In this document: positions 1 to 13,565 of the stretch, piece after piece | Layout: every line of letters starts with the position of its first letter | Position numbering within the stretch: the stretch's first letter is position 1 | Assembly: GCA_050575255.1 (NCBI GenBank) | Contig: JBNZDD010013689.1 | Coordinates: 4,857,175 to 4,921,174, forward strand | Direction of reading: 5' to 3' | DNA: 64,000 nucleotides | DNA from: Harriotta raleighana | Taxonomy: Eukaryota | The notes under the pieces: model-generated | The model's database searches: none | Told to the model about the DNA's origin: nothing | The model's input: only the letters and a program-made list of their open reading frames with translations | Made by a program: the position numbers and the translations under genes

Positions 1-100
1 TCCCCAGCTAGGGTCTGAAACAATGACTGGCCAGTGCCTTGGGACATCCTCCTGACGTGAACTGTGTTATTGCAAGTGTAATTTTATAGTTGTTATCCCT

Positions 101-416
101 ATAATAATCCTTGCATTTGATATAGTGCTTTTCACATCTTATTGACGTATCAATGTGCTTCACAGAATATACTGTAAAATGAATTGACTTTTTTTTGTGG
201 GTGAAATGTGGCAGCCAATTGTGCACAGCAGGGTCCCATAAACAGTTGTGGATTGAAATGACCAATTTTATTATTAGGGTTCTTTTTTGGACAGAGTATT
301 ATTAGGCTTGTGGAGTAAGGAAATTTGCCCAAGATTTCGCCCTGATCTGTCTGGATTTGAACACAGGTCTCGCACTTGTAAGACGAATGCTCTAACCACT
401 GAGCTACAGGAACTCC
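101..416 (-). mobile_element. tRNA-derived SINE, full length (dominant family of this window)
   Basis: A box TAGCTCAGTGG and B box GTTCAAATCC head, Deu-like core TGCTGTGCACAATTGGCTGCC, L2-like tail ending (ATT)n. Confidence 0.9.
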
Positions 417-444
417 AGAATCACTTTCATTATTAATCTCAGGA

Positions 445-925
445 TGAGTCAGTAGCTATCACTCTCTCTCGTTCTTGCCTCTCAGTCAGTGCTATCACTC
501 TCTATCTCATCTGTGGGTATCACACTCTCTCCTGAATCAGTGGCTACCACAATCACTCTTATTGCCTGAGTCAATGGCTTGACTATGGAAACTCTCTCCT
601 CGTTGGATTTCCTAGTTCTTCCCTTCACAAACTGCAGATTATCTAAAACTCTGCAGCTCGGGTCCTCACCCGCACCAAGCTCCCCAACCACATCACTCCC
701 ACCTGCGCCCGGCTCCATTGGCTCCCCAACCCCGAGGATTGAATTCAAAATCCTCGTCCTCACTTTCAAGGCCATCCATGGCCTTTAACTCTCTCGTAAT
801 TCAATGGGTATCACTCTCTCTCCCCAAATCAGTGGCCATCTCTCACTCTCTCCTGCGACAGTGCCTATCACTCTTGTCTGTGGGTATCATTCTCTTTTCT
901 GAGTCAGTAGCTATCACTCTCGCGC
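445..925 (+). repeat. Degenerate minisatellite (GAGTCAGTRGCTATCACTCTCTCTC-like unit) interrupted by an L2 fragment
   Basis: About 10 imperfect units at 445-575 and 790-925. Confidence 0.7.
590..788 (+). mobile_element. L2-clade LINE ORF2 3' fragment
   Basis: RIEFKILVLTFKAIHGL and LHWLP-type motifs. Confidence 0.8.
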
Positions 926-1314
926 TCTCAAAATTGTCATATATGCATTCATAAATATACAGTCAATTCACTTTACAGTATATTCTGTGAAGTGCTTTGA
1001 GATGTCTAGAAGACATGAAAAGCACTATATCAAATGCAAGGATTATTATTATAATAGACTACCCAGCTCTCTACATAGGCTGAAGGTCATACAGCCTGTG
1101 ATCTCTCCAGGCTAGGCTTTGTGACCATATCACTTCTACCCTCGCCTGACTCCACTGGCTTCCCATCACAGAGTTCTCACCTTCAAAGCCTTTCATGGCC
1201 TTGCCCCTCGTGTGTTATTGAATCTGTCATTGAAGCTCATGTCATTGAAACATCACATTTTTCATACATTGTGTAGTTAGTTACTCCTACTAAAACACAG
1301 CATTTACAAAATCT

Positions 1315-1320
1315 TTTATT
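1315..1320 (-). terminator. Candidate TRAK2 polyadenylation signal AATAAA
   Basis: AATAAA on - strand followed about 20 nt later by GU-rich GCTGTGTTTT; closes a mostly unique AU-rich tract. Confidence 0.5.
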
Positions 1321-3151
1321 TAGCAATGGAACCTTGACTCAAAATGTCGCAGATACATAATAATATTACAATAAACTTCAAACAATGCATTAACAAATTA
1401 CATATTTGATGAAAAATTGTTGTTAGGTCTTAGTCTTACTTTTTGGGTGGGGATTTAAGGAGGCAAGATGGATTTTAAGTTTACAAAAGAGGCATGAACT
1501 AAATTTAACAAACGTCCCAAATCAAGCCACAACGACAGTTCACTTCTCCACTTTTACCAAAGGAACAGAGGGAGCAACAGATTATGCACCAAATACAGCA
1601 ATGTTATATGGAGTATCAAATCATGCAGTAAAACTGCTTCCATTTTGTACAAAATAAATTCCTCAAAGGACCTTGGGAGCAGCATTGGGAAATGTCATAA
1701 TACAGTATGCAAGGATTGGGTTTTGCCCAGGACTCTCAAAATTGAGCAATGATGCTTCAAAACTGGATAATAATAATTCTTGCATTTGATATAGCAAATT
1801 ATCACTTCTTTGAGACATCTCAAAATGCTTCACAGAATATACTGTAAATGAAGTGACTATATTTTGTGGGTGATAACACCTAGAAATAGAAGGCAGGCAA
1901 TCCCCTCATCTGACCCAGATTGTCAACTGTCAACTGCTCATCTCCAAGTGAACCACAAGAGATCACACAACTATATCATTTCAGACTTATCATCTTTCCA
2001 TGGTCCAGTTCAGAAGTTTTTTTTTAAAAACCTTTACAAATTGCTGCAATCTAAGAGAAGCCGAGTCATTGGCAGGCATCAAAATCACATTTAAAAAGGT
2101 AACTTCACTAGCAGCATGATTAACAGAGACAATCTCCCTTCGTCTCTCAGCCTCTTCTCAATGCACAAAAGCACAGCAGTATTAGCCTGTGGATCAATTG
2201 AAAGCTGTGGTCTTGCTGTAGGCGGTTGTGACCTATTCTGAATCAACGAGGTGCACTAGCTGGAGGCAACCGAGCACAGATCAGAACTGACCCAGACTGG
2301 TTAAACTCAATGGGCCTCCCTTCCAAAGGGGAGCTTGTGCATCATCTGCCCTATCCCTCCATGCTGCCAAGCAGAGCTAAATAGCACCTTGTAGAGATTT
2401 AAAAAAGACAGTGGTTATAGTTATTGGATAAATGGCAACTCTTTCTCCCTTCATTGAAGTCCATCATTTAGAAAAGTGTGCACTTATATGAAACATTTCA
2501 CAATCTCCAAATGTGCTACAGCGAGAGAGAAAAAAAACAAGGCCCTTTTAGTTGAAGAAACCCACAATCGACATTACTGAATGACAAATAAGATTAAAGA
2601 CCTGCTCCAAACGGCTAGATTCACATGAATCACAAACACATTATAGATTAGTAAGAGGCAGTGAGACAAGTAGAACTGAGATATTTTGTACCTTGGTGAT
2701 TGGATGACTTATGTTATTTCATACAGTGCAATAACCCAGTGGACAGATTGTCTTCTGCAACTTTATTATTAAAAAAGGACCCTCCTTCAAAAGCCATTTC
2801 AAATCCACCAGTGCTGGACAAGCAAAGCAGTTCTTTCTCAAATCAGTGAAATAAACTCACCTAAGTGAAGGGCGGTCTCGAGTGCAAACAATCTAGGAAG
2901 ATTGCTAAAAAGAATAGTTAACAATCTTAACTTAATCTAGGTAATAAGAGATTTGAATCTAGTTTGCTTTCAATGTGTCCCCATTTTAACTTTAACCCCT
3001 TCCTCTCGCCCAGATCCCTTTCCACGAAAATAAACCTTCTAAATTTTACAAACGAACAAAAACAGTAGTTTCTATGAACCTTCAAGCTATGGTGGAAATG
3101 GATAGGAATAACTTCCACTTTTAATGTACATAATGTGCTGGAAACTAAGTA

Positions 3152-3640
3152 TAGGTAGACACCGCTTAATGTCGCTTGGTTAACGTTTATTTGTTATTAC
3201 GTTGCTGATATATTGGGAACCTATATTCATTTAACATTGCGACGTTCGCTATTATGTTGTTCGCCAGCGGGTGGAAAGGGGCACGACAGAGCTAGGACCT
3301 GAGTGAGCCAGGCCTGCAGCGAGAAAGCGAGCCAGTCGGCAGCGAGTGAGACCAGCAGCAAGTGAGACCAGCCAGGCCGGCAGCGAGTGAGACCGGCAGT
3401 AAGTGAGTGAGCCGGGCAGGCAGTCAGGGAGCGAGTGAGTGAGCCAGGCAGGCAGTCAGGGAGTGAGTAATGACTGAGTATAATGTCTTTTTTTTAGAAA
3501 ATTTTGATGAAAAATGTCCAAAAGAAACTAACTCCAGTTTTTATATTCATTCTTATGGGAAAAATGTATTTGCTTAAAGTCGTTTCGCTTAAAGTCGCCT
3601 TTACAAGAACCAAACTATGACATTAAGCGGGGTCTACCTG
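3152..3640. mobile_element. Tc1/mariner-pogo (Tigger-like) MITE
   Basis: TIRs (T)AGGTAGACACCGCTTAATGTC / GACATTAAGCGGGGTCTACCTG, TA on both flanks, internal tandem repeats 3300-3480. Confidence 0.85.
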
Positions 3641-6492
3641 TATGCAAAGATGTGAAAGCAACTTCCTGAATTAAAAACCTGGAACTGATAACTAATATAT
3701 TTTGACAGTAGCAATAATCAACAAGTATGTGAATTGGAAATGAAATTCCTACCATACTTTAAGAGTTCTAATGTAAAATTGCAAACACATCTCAGTCTCC
3801 ATTTCCTTTGAAGGGTGTCTGACAGAGTTCTCTCCATGAAGGATTTGCTGCTCTACTCCACCTACTACCAGAATACATAATAATAATCCTTCCATTTGAT
3901 ATAGCACGACTTCTAAATGTCTCAGAATATACTGTAAAGGGAATTGATTGTATATTTTGTGGGCGAAAAGTGACAGCCAAATGTGCACTGAACAGTCTGT
4001 TTTACTGTAATCAATCCAACACTGACCACATCTCGGGAAAGCTGCCAATTTAAGTTTTGTGGATTACCATAAGTAAAATGCAAAGGCAGGTTTAAGATCC
4101 ATTGGATTTGAACTTGTTAGCAACTTAATGTTGTACCTCTGCCCCACCCTGACTCTTGTGCCGAAAATCACATCCCGATGATAGAACAGGGAGTATTAAC
4201 TTCTGCTTTCATTGGAATGAAATCTCCCAAGAACTAGAGTATTCCATCAGAAATCAGACTTGAAATCCATTTCCCTTGTACACACAATAAATTCATCCAA
4301 TTGCACTTTTATAATACTGTAGTCAGAATTATATGTTTACAAAAGGTAAGTCATGAGTGTAAAGTACATGATATAAACTGTATATATATTTGAAGAGTGA
4401 ATAAAACACGGCGGCACCCCGAAGGATTGACGCAACTGTCTCACTGCAGCAGTCAATGGAACCATGTAAATGACACATGCAGCCTCAAATCACCATTGTA
4501 TACAGAATAAGCGATAAAACAGCTAGAACAACTCTAAAAGGACTAATTTTCTGGCTACATTAATATTGCTTCTGGCCCCTGGCAAGCCTGCATTATAGAG
4601 CACTGGAGATGGATTACAAAGCTTTTCTGTACAGAGGACAGATGTTGCCTATTTGAAACTAAATTAATTTACATTTGGTTACAGGACATTTTATACAGAC
4701 ATGGCCTGAGTGCTGTCCTTATATACTCAAACTTAACAAGCTTTTTATATATTATATATAATTCTAAATTGTTGCTTTGCATTCAAATGGAGGCTTTAAT
4801 ACACAAGGGAAACCGTAAACATAAAAAAACACAAGTATCAATATAAAGTCTCTGGATTTACCTTCATCCTTCAGCAGATCAACCCAGCCCCAGAGTAAAA
4901 TACTGCCTGACAGCCATAAGGAGGAGACTGGCCCAACGATGGACCAAGGCAACTAACTGGTCATAAACTAAAACACAGAACTTTTGTACAATCAAAGCAG
5001 CTCACTACATCTGTACTGCACTATTAATAACTAGTCACAACACAATTTTCAACTCAAGATTCCAGAGCACTGTATACCTGCTTTGCAAAATTGGAACAGA
5101 TTACCTGAAGTTTATAGATCCCTTTTTAATTCGATCATGTTACTCAGTTACTTGTAGTTATAGCTTTGGTGCTTCTTCCTTTGAGTGAATTGTTTTTAAA
5201 CATTTTCATACTCATTTCTAAATTTCGGCCTGAGGCTTTGTGCTTATTTCTACTCAACGGATTTCTATGTTTCCTTCCTATTAATCTCCTGGAGTCACAT
5301 GGTCGAGGATACACTGGATCAAACACTCCTCACATTGGAATACAGACAAACTGACACGTTAAGAATTGAGGCCAGAGAATAATGGTAACAACCTTACTGA
5401 ACAGGATTCAGTATTTCAGCTCTGCTCTTAGTTTATCTCTTGGTGATGAAATTCCAATCAGATATAAATTTTCTCTGTCTCACTATCAGAGGATAGTCCA
5501 GTTCAGTCTTTTACCAGGAGAGATAAACCAAACAAGCAGTATATGCAGTGGACAATTCCATAAGATTAACACACTCAGAGAGAAGGAATGTGAAATCCAC
5601 CTGCATGGTTGGCATGTGCAGAGTGGCTATTGCACCCTCTGGCACTGTGAACAATTTTTGCAGCAATGTGAGCATCTGACAGCTCAGCTGCAGATTGATG
5701 AGTCTTCTGGACTCATCAATCTGAGTCTAAATGGTCATTTTTAGTGTTAATCATTACCTGGGAAAAATTACATTCATCCCAAGAGCATTTATAACCATGT
5801 CACAAGTTTGCAATAAATGAAATGTGGAAATTGGGAGTGTAAGAGGTGTTTCTTTTCAAAAAAAAACTTAATGCAACTTAACATAAAGTGAATATTACTG
5901 TGCTTGTGCTTTAAGAAGCAACTCAACCATAAAGATTGAGGTGGTGGGGAAAAAGAGAAAAGGGGGAAGAAACAGTAATACCCCACTATTAGGTTTGTAA
6001 AGGATCCCTAACCTTAGCATATAGATTCACAACCCATTCCAACAATACAAACAACTGCATGATGCTTTTAAAATTAGGGTGCTTTAAGGATTGGTGTGTG
6101 CTTTAACGCTCTGGGAAATCAACATGGAATGCTACAAACCATTGGTGAACAAATCACATTGAGGAGGAAGGGTCCCAAACGTTCATATCTACCAGCTAGA
6201 TCTCACCTGCCACAAAGTTAGATTTACCCTCTTCTCACAATACCCTCTATCATCCCCTCCACCTACCCTCAACACTTTCCATTTATCATTCTGCTTTACA
6301 CTGACCTCACCATCAATTCAACCTCTTTGTGTAGTCTCCCTTCTTAACCTTATTTCCTTAAGCTCCGGCTTAGCTCCCTTATTTCGTCACTTACATGCTC
6401 AACCCTCAGACGTCTTAGAACCCTTTCAAAGAAAACACACATCCTTCCTCTATTTAATTATGCTGGGGTATAGGGTTTTCCACCAGCAATCA

Positions 6493-7183
6493 CTATGCTG
6501 ATGAAACCATCTTGTTCTCCGTCTTTTCGGTTAAGCTGGCCATCTTCGGGACGGCAACCCCAAGTCCACCAATAACACTGGGGAGGCTCTGGTTCCTCCT
6601 CAGCCCCCCCATCAGGCTGCTCCCGGTCCCCATGAACAAGGCTGCCTCTTGTCTGTGGAGGCCGCGTTTGGACTCATCGCTCAGCTCTAGAGCCTTGTGG
6701 GGATTGACCACTTGGGCAATTCCCATTTTTTTAAGCTTTTTTACCAAGTTCAGGCAGACGGGAGCGGAATCGGCGCGGCTTCTCCCCAGCTTCAAGCTGT
6801 ACACCTCCTGGAGCAAAGTTTCTGCCGGCCGGGATGCCAGGAAGCTGTCCATGGCTCCTCGTGTGTCAAAGGGTAAGGGCGACGGGCAAGGCGAGTGAGC
6901 GGGAGAGTTTGGTGGAGTGCATGGTAGGGCTAGTGTCTTGGGACGAGTGACGGTTCTTGGTTGTTTGGACAGAGGGCACTTGTAAACACTGGCAGATATA
7001 CCCCGCTCCTGCAGCAGTTTAGCCAGGCTGCTGGTGGTGCTAAGAGTGGTCGTCGATTCCCTCTTCTTCAGGAACGATTCACCGAGGCTCAGGCGGCAAG
7101 TAACTAGAGGTGAACTTGGAGTTGTGATCACAATAACAGAAGAAGTGCTTCCGCTTGTCACTGTACATGGAGTGTACATGGAG
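6493..7183 (-). CDS. TRAK2: TRAK2 last coding exon (...SLGES...ESTTTLSTTSSLAKLLQERGISA...LRRNQSLP...)
   Basis: 691 nt, tttttag|C TCC ATG; TAG stop at 6495-6493. Confidence 0.94.
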
Positions 7184-8401
7184 CTAAAAATTCAGAGATA
7201 AAAATCAGATGACAGATAAACAAGGCCACATTCTTTACTTTATATGTACTTTTAACTTTTTTGAGCCAAAAGCACCAGTAAACACACCCAATAACACTTG
7301 GTTCCACAACAGCAAAGCTTTCCTGCTCCTGGCCAGGATAACTTATATGCACCTTGCCTCTAGCTTAGGTGAACTGATGTGCTTTCTAGAACTTCCAGTT
7401 TTATAGGATTTTAATTCTGTTAGATCGAGTCGAACACTCGTTTCACATGTTCACTGTGATACCCAATCTCTCGATCACTGGGTTTCGGACAGTGTGAAAT
7501 CTGCAAGTCCACTCAGCTCTTTGCTCCTTCAAGGTTAGTGATATTAACAACAACAGTACCGACATATGACATAATAGCTTATCATGCCGTTGAGACATCT
7601 CAAAAGTACTTCATAGGACATGGTAAAGTGATGTTATGATATTTTGAAAATGCTGCAATGTATTGGTTTCAAGGATATGCTTGTCAAAGGCTAGACAGCT
7701 CCACACTAACCCAAGGTACTATTGAGGCTCCAACATCCTGACTGATGTGTCAATGAAACTTGAGACTGCAAAGATGAACTCAGCATTGCACAGTCCTTGC
7801 CCATAGGCTTTGCTCATTGCAAAGGATAAACCAAGATATGTATGATTAATGGTGGTCACAATTATCACAGAGTGAAATAACATTTTAATCTTTCAGAATG
7901 TAGAATAATTATTATTCACCATAGAGTTTATGCTACATGCTTATAACTCATTATAAGGATATCAGACAAAACCCTTGTAACATTTGTCCTAAATCATATA
8001 ACCTCCTTCACAGTTAATAAAACACCAACAGTTCCACCATCTCAAATTAATCACTCCTCGGAAAAACAGCACAACTGACTCTCCCCAATACAGCACAGAA
8101 ATGTCAGTTTAGCACAATTAGAACCCAGATTGTAGGTTCAAGCTCCACATCATTTGTGGATTGGCCAAAATCTTACAACTCATTGATTAGCTGCCCCTGC
8201 ACATTCTCCTAGTTTTGATAAGAACTTACTTTCGTCCCACAAAATACAATCAATCTTCTATACTGTATATCCTCTGAAGTGCTCTGAGAGGTTTGACGAT
8301 ATGATAAGCCACTAAATCAAATGCAAGGATTATTACTACTATCCTCCAGGACAAATTACTGTGTTTAGAAAAACTGTATTGGAAGACAGTGAGCTGCTCA
8401 C

Positions 8402-8501
8402 CTCATTGTGACTTGACAGAGGTCTGTGGGGTGAAGAATCCGGCAGGTGGTGAAGGTGTAGGTAGAGTTGGTCTGAGAGAGACACTTGCCTGGATTGTGC
8501 A
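8402..8501 (-). CDS. TRAK2: TRAK2 exon (VHNPGKCLSQTNSTYTFTTCRILHPTDLCQVTM)
   Basis: 100 nt, ttgcag|TG...AG|gtgag; conserved TRAK motif. Confidence 0.95.
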
Positions 8502-8813
8502 CTGCAACAAAAGAAAGGGCAAGTTTGCAGTCGAGATCATACCATCCAAGATGCAAAGAGATTTTCTCCAAGGCCCTTTACAGATCACTCCCCAAACAAC
8601 CGGTTAGAAGGCTTGGAGCCCATATACTGGTCTGTAACTAGCAAAGTTTTATCCCAGGATTTTTCCTTCCTCTACATTGCCTCCTCACCTCCCACCCCAG
8701 AACACATCTATGTATGCAGCACATGGACTCGAATCCTCTGCAGCATCACATTCTGCCACTTTGACTTACTGACGATACTGGTCAGACTCAGCATATAAAT
8801 CTCACCTTCATTA

Positions 8814-9119
8814 CAGTAAAACGGTTTCGACAGCGCACCTCCCGGATTTTGGAGTTTGCTGGTATTTAGAACCAACCCTAAAAATGGCTGGGAAGCTCTG
8901 TCCTATACACAACGTGTGCTGTAAACACAGCACTGAAGCCGAGCTCCACACACAGCGCTAGATGACAGAGTGGCCATTGTGGGAACTACAAGCAGCTGTT
9001 CCAAACTTCAGGAGATTTGCCGGACATAGGACAAAATATAATAATGTATGTATATTTAATTATTGCTGGTTTTCGGGAATTACCGGCTTTCAGAATGTCA
9101 GATTATCAAGATTTTACTG
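8814..9119. mobile_element. Tigger-like MITE
   Basis: TA-CAGTAAAA...TTTTACTG-TA ends. Confidence 0.6.
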
Positions 9120-9215
9120 TACTACATATAAATCTAGTGTGCAACACTCTCTGGGGCTCAGTATGTAAATGGCTGTTCAATTTAAGACCTTTGAATAATC
9201 CACAGCACAACTCAC

Positions 9216-9497
9216 CAGGTATTGGGTTATGTGTGGAAAGGTTTGGCATTGGCAGAAAGGGTTCTGCGGCTGGTTCTGCTTCCTTTGGTATCGGCATCTT
9301 CTTCTCCTCAGGAGTGGAGGTTTTCTGGGCTTTGAAGATGATTCCTTCCTCATCGTCTTCCTCCAGGTCGGAAAGGTGGTAGATATCATCCTCTGGCACC
9401 AGCTCAAAGCCCTTAGTGAGCACGCCAGGTCGTGAATCCAAAATGGTGCCCAGATTAGGCTGTGCTAGCTGCTGCCATTGGTATAAAGTCATGGAGC
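9216..9497 (-). CDS. TRAK2: TRAK2 exon (GSMTLYQWQQLAQPNLGTILDSRPGVLTKGF...)
   Basis: 282 nt, taatag|GC...CCTG|gtgag. Confidence 0.94.
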
Positions 9498-10125
9498 CTA
9501 TTAGGGCAAGACATTGAGATGTAAAAGGCTGGAGGATTAATCAGATAGTACAGACTGACCCAAAGATTCCAAATCCTGCCGGTGCTTTGCATCATTGACG
9601 ATTTGGACCATCACCGTCAAGGGAAGATCACGCCAACCAAATGCAATTCAATCTAATGATTACTTCATTCTGTTAATCACTGCAACGCTTCTAAAATCCT
9701 ATTGAGGCTGGATATTCAAATAATGATCCTAGGTTTGTGGTCATGCCTATAACATTGAAGCATCTCAAAGGGAATAGTTTTCGAAATAGTGACTATTTGA
9801 AGGCAAATGCAGCAGCCATATACAGCTTTACTGTATGGCAGAGTCTCAAGGTTGATGAAATGTATGAGCAATTTTACCCGATTGACTGTTATTCACTGGG
9901 AATAGCACATTCCTTTTCAATAGCGAAGGGATCATTAAAGTCCATGTAACAAGCAGACGAGTCCTTGGGTTAACAGCACTTGAGAAGCTTGTTGTATGCA
10001 AGATGGCTCCCACATTGGTTTACAAATAGTCACTGACAACAATTATCTCTGAAGCATTTGTGGCATTCCAGGGATTATTATCCATTATAAGAGTGAGTGG
10101 GGACAAAAACTCGAAATGAAATTAC

Positions 10126-10430
10126 CTTCTATCGGTTTGACGATCTGCAGTTTCTCAGGGAGGAAGGTTCGGAAACAACTGGAAGTGCCCGAAAAGTAAG
10201 ACATGTCCGAAAGATCCGTGTGATTGGTGCTCCCAGACAAAACGCTCTCCGCTGGGGTGCTACAGCCACTTTCCTGTTTCTCCGCCAGCGCCTTCAGCCT
10301 TCGATGCTGCTCGTCTTCAAAGAATCTCTTTTCGCTGAGGTAATTCTCCTCACGCAGAGAAAGTCGGCGCAAAGCTGTGGCCAGATCATTTCCACCAGGA
10401 GTACCAGGCTGTCCAAAGCTGGGAAGGTTA
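10126..10430 (-). CDS. TRAK2: TRAK2 exon (GQPGTPGGNDLATALRRLSLR...FLPEKLQIVKPIE)
   Basis: 305 nt, ttctgtag|T...GAAG|gtaat; Milton domain. Confidence 0.93.
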
Positions 10431-11037
10431 CTACAGAAATGGTGGTGGGGAGTGCGGAATGGAAGAGGAAAGAAGAGAAATGAGGGAGACGCAAACAAAA
10501 TTGCATCATCTGAGACAGATTATTCTTTATTCAATCAAGACAATTTCACAGGTTACTAGAAGAGGATAATCAGGGCGTCCTAGCACCTTAATTGTTTTAA
10601 GTAAGACAACAGGAGTGATAACTCAAACCCAGGGAAGTGAGATAAAAGAACACAGATCACTAGGAGAGTGCTAAGAAAATAAAGGCAACTCAACTCAGTA
10701 AAGAGGCCTTTGTGATCCACATCATTGAAGTCTACATTACAGTGTCCCATAACAGTCATGGATTGCAAATTACCTACTTAGTATTGTTTTTTGAGGGATT
10801 ATTATTAGGTGTGTGGAGTATGGAAACTTGCCCAAGGTTTCGCCCTGACCTGCCTGGATTCGAGCTTGTAAGATGAATGCTCTAACCACTAAGGTACAGG
10901 AAGTAACTACTAACTGGAAGTATACGAGAATTAGCAAAAAAAAGATAAGTTTGAGACTGATGCAATTTAGACATAAAACAAACACAAGCACCCACACACT
11001 GCCAGTGAAGTTCTTGCACAGAAATGTGTTCACATAC

Positions 11038-11238
11038 CACTGCAAATCTGCCTCACTTCCTGAACTATTCCTTGTTCGCGTTCCCGTTTGTTCCACAACA
11101 CACTGATGCGGTTTAGCCGTCAGGATGACAGATGCACAACCAGAGCCGGGTATAGATCCCAGAGAGCACCCTGGTGCCCGGGCTCGCACAGTTTCATTTA
11201 CGCTCTTAACGATGTTGAAGACCCGTTTCTGTTGGTTC
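11038..11238 (-). CDS. TRAK2: TRAK2 exon (RNQQKRVFNIVKSVNE...IPGS...EADLQ)
   Basis: 201 nt, tttag|G...TG|gtatgt; phases match both neighbours. Confidence 0.9.
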
Positions 11239-11903
11239 CTAAATTAAGGATACAAACAGAATAGAAGGAAATTAAAAAATTAACATTATACTGATAGGCC
11301 TTTTACGTGGTGAAATTCCACTGGTCAGTAAAGTTATCAAACAGATAACTGTTATAACAGATAACAGATAACGTTTAGAGCAGGAACAACAACACACATT
11401 TATATAGCGCCCTTCACCCTGGAGCACTTGTCCCAATAATAAAAGCCATTGACTAAAACCCAGCCAGAGTTCCAGAAAGTTCCAGATTGGATCCCAAGTT
11501 GATACTAAGTTAATAAATTTTAGCTAGATACTGGAACAGGTATAGGAAGAGTTAGTCTCCATTCTGGATAAGAATCCAGTGTTGGCAACTATGGATATGA
11601 GGCATCAATCTGGCTTACTTGGTTACACTCTCTCCTTTGAATTAGATGGTTAACGGTTCAAACCCTATGTTGGCGTCATGAAGTGCTTAACAGCAGTGTG
11701 CCTTGATACTGAGCTGGAATGGGAGGGGGTGGGGGCAGAAAGGAGGTGAACAGTTGAAGAGGAAAGTCTTCTATTGTGATTTGATTGGACAAGGCAGCAT
11801 GTAGAGGATTGGGGTATGAGCATCTTTTGAATAGTGTTTATTCTATTCAGACAACAGCAAAACTAGTCTGAGAAGGATTTCCTTCAATTATATTTAGGTT
11901 TAC

Positions 11904-11980
11904 CTATGATCTTCCATTGGGGCATCCTCCAGGCTTAGCTCCTTCCGCATTGTTCCTTCAATCTCAGCAGCCAGTGAATC
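11904..11980 (-). CDS. TRAK2: TRAK2 exon (DSLAAEIEGTMRKELSLEDAPMEDH)
   Basis: 77 nt, ttatag|GAT...AG|gtaaac; conserved DSLAAEIEGTMR motif. Confidence 0.95.
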
Positions 11981-12122
11981 CTATAAGCACATTACAATTA
12001 TACCCGGGTCACAAAACTACAGAAATGGGAACAGAGCAAGAAGATGAGATGGTGAAACATTAAAGATTGTGAATAGTATCATGGTATCAACTCAGTATTA
12101 CTACAATTTTTATATTGAAGAT

Positions 12123-12903
12123 CACCTTTCAAATCGGTCGGACATCTCAGAGTACCGAGCACAGTACTTGGGGAGGGAAGGGCAGAGAGAACATTGTCTC
12201 TCCCTTGGTGACATCATCTGCAGACAGTGATCGACTTCCATATGTATGAGGATTTCTGCCTCTACCCTCAATTCCAGGAAAACTGCTTTACTGATGGATA
12301 TCGAGTCCTGGATAAGAGCTAACTTTCTACAGTTGAATGTCAACAACACCGATGCCTTCCTGCTTGGTTCGCGATAGCGCCTCCGCAACTCATGTACCTG
12401 TAGCATCAACCTCCAGGGTTGCACATTCCACCTCACCAAGCCAGTTAGGAGCCCAGGTGTCTTGTTCAATCCTCTACTATCTTTTCTACCCCACATCCAA
12501 ACCATGACCTGCTCTGCCTTCCCTCACCTCCACAACATTGCCCGACTCTGTAACTACCTCCCCCACTTAGGCCACTGAAACCCATTCATGCCTTCATCAC
12601 ATCCCGGTTTGACTATTCCAATGCCCTGCTTGTCGGCCTTCCCAGTTCCTCCCTCTGTAAGCAGATCATCCAGAATTCTGCAGCCCATGTCGTCTTCTGC
12701 ACCAAGCTCCACGTCCCTATTTCCCCATTCTCATCCGGCTCCATTGGCTTCCCATCATTTAGAGGATTCAATTCAAGATCCTGGTCCTCACCATTGGAGA
12801 CCGCCATGGGCTTGTCAGCTCAGATCTGAAGCACTGACTGTCTGGGACCATGGGATGTCCTCCCGACGTGAAAGGCACTGCACCAATGTAATTTTGTTGT
12901 TGC
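12123..12903 (+). mobile_element. L2-clade LINE 3' fragment (decayed RT)
   Basis: SWIRANFLQLN motif; tail ending TTTGTTGTTG. Confidence 0.8.
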
Positions 12904-13427
12904 CTTTGTTGTCTGGTGAATTCGCAACAGCCATTGCAAAATGAAATTAGAGACCTTAGAGCAGGTTTGCCAGAGGCATGTTTAACGTCGGTGCAAACAG
13001 TGTAACGCACCGACGGGCCCCTCCCATTGCGGGCCAGCCGACCGGCCCCCTCAAAGTAATGAAAAGAATCATCAAAATGGGAGGATTTGCATGTACTGTG
13101 CTCTTATCTATGTTACATACCTGTATAGGGAAACCCAGAGCTCTCCTCATCCCGGCAGAGCAGGCGGCCCGCCTAAAGAGGCGTTGCACTCGCCGAAAGT
13201 TAATTTTTAAATAAACATTGCGCATACACACTTATTAAACGTGAAGTCAGTGTTGGGCCCCCAGGAAAATGCACCGAGTAAAAGGCTTAAACACACCTCT
13301 GAGGTCTGACACCCTTTTGCTCACATATTTTTCATGATGCAGGTGGAGTGAGGAAAAAAGACCAAGTTTGAAAACCGTCTCAAAAACATACAGAACAAGA
13401 AAAAGCTGAACACATCTGCTGCCTTAC

Positions 13428-13565
13428 CATTGGGAAAATGCTGTACATCTGAGGCTGACGGAGCGAGCTCAGTGAGGTGCTTTTGCTCCGCAATTCCTTC
13501 AGCTCTTCCTGGGATTCATGCAGCATTCCCAAACATTCAGCATGCCGATCTTGCACTTCGTGGAG
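13428..13565 (-). CDS. TRAK2: TRAK2 exon (LHEVQDRHAECLGMLHESQEELKELR...IFPM)
   Basis: 138 nt, ttgcag|CTC...ATG|gtaag. Confidence 0.95.

Noticed and set aside
3300-3480. Repeat array resembling a CRISPR
   Set aside because: Imperfect tandem GAGTGAG/CCAG units without unique spacers, inside a MITE in vertebrate DNA.
12950-13310. CpG-containing block with weak terminal inverted similarity (AGACCTYAGAG)
   Set aside because: Possible MITE, but the TIRs and target duplication are too degenerate to call.
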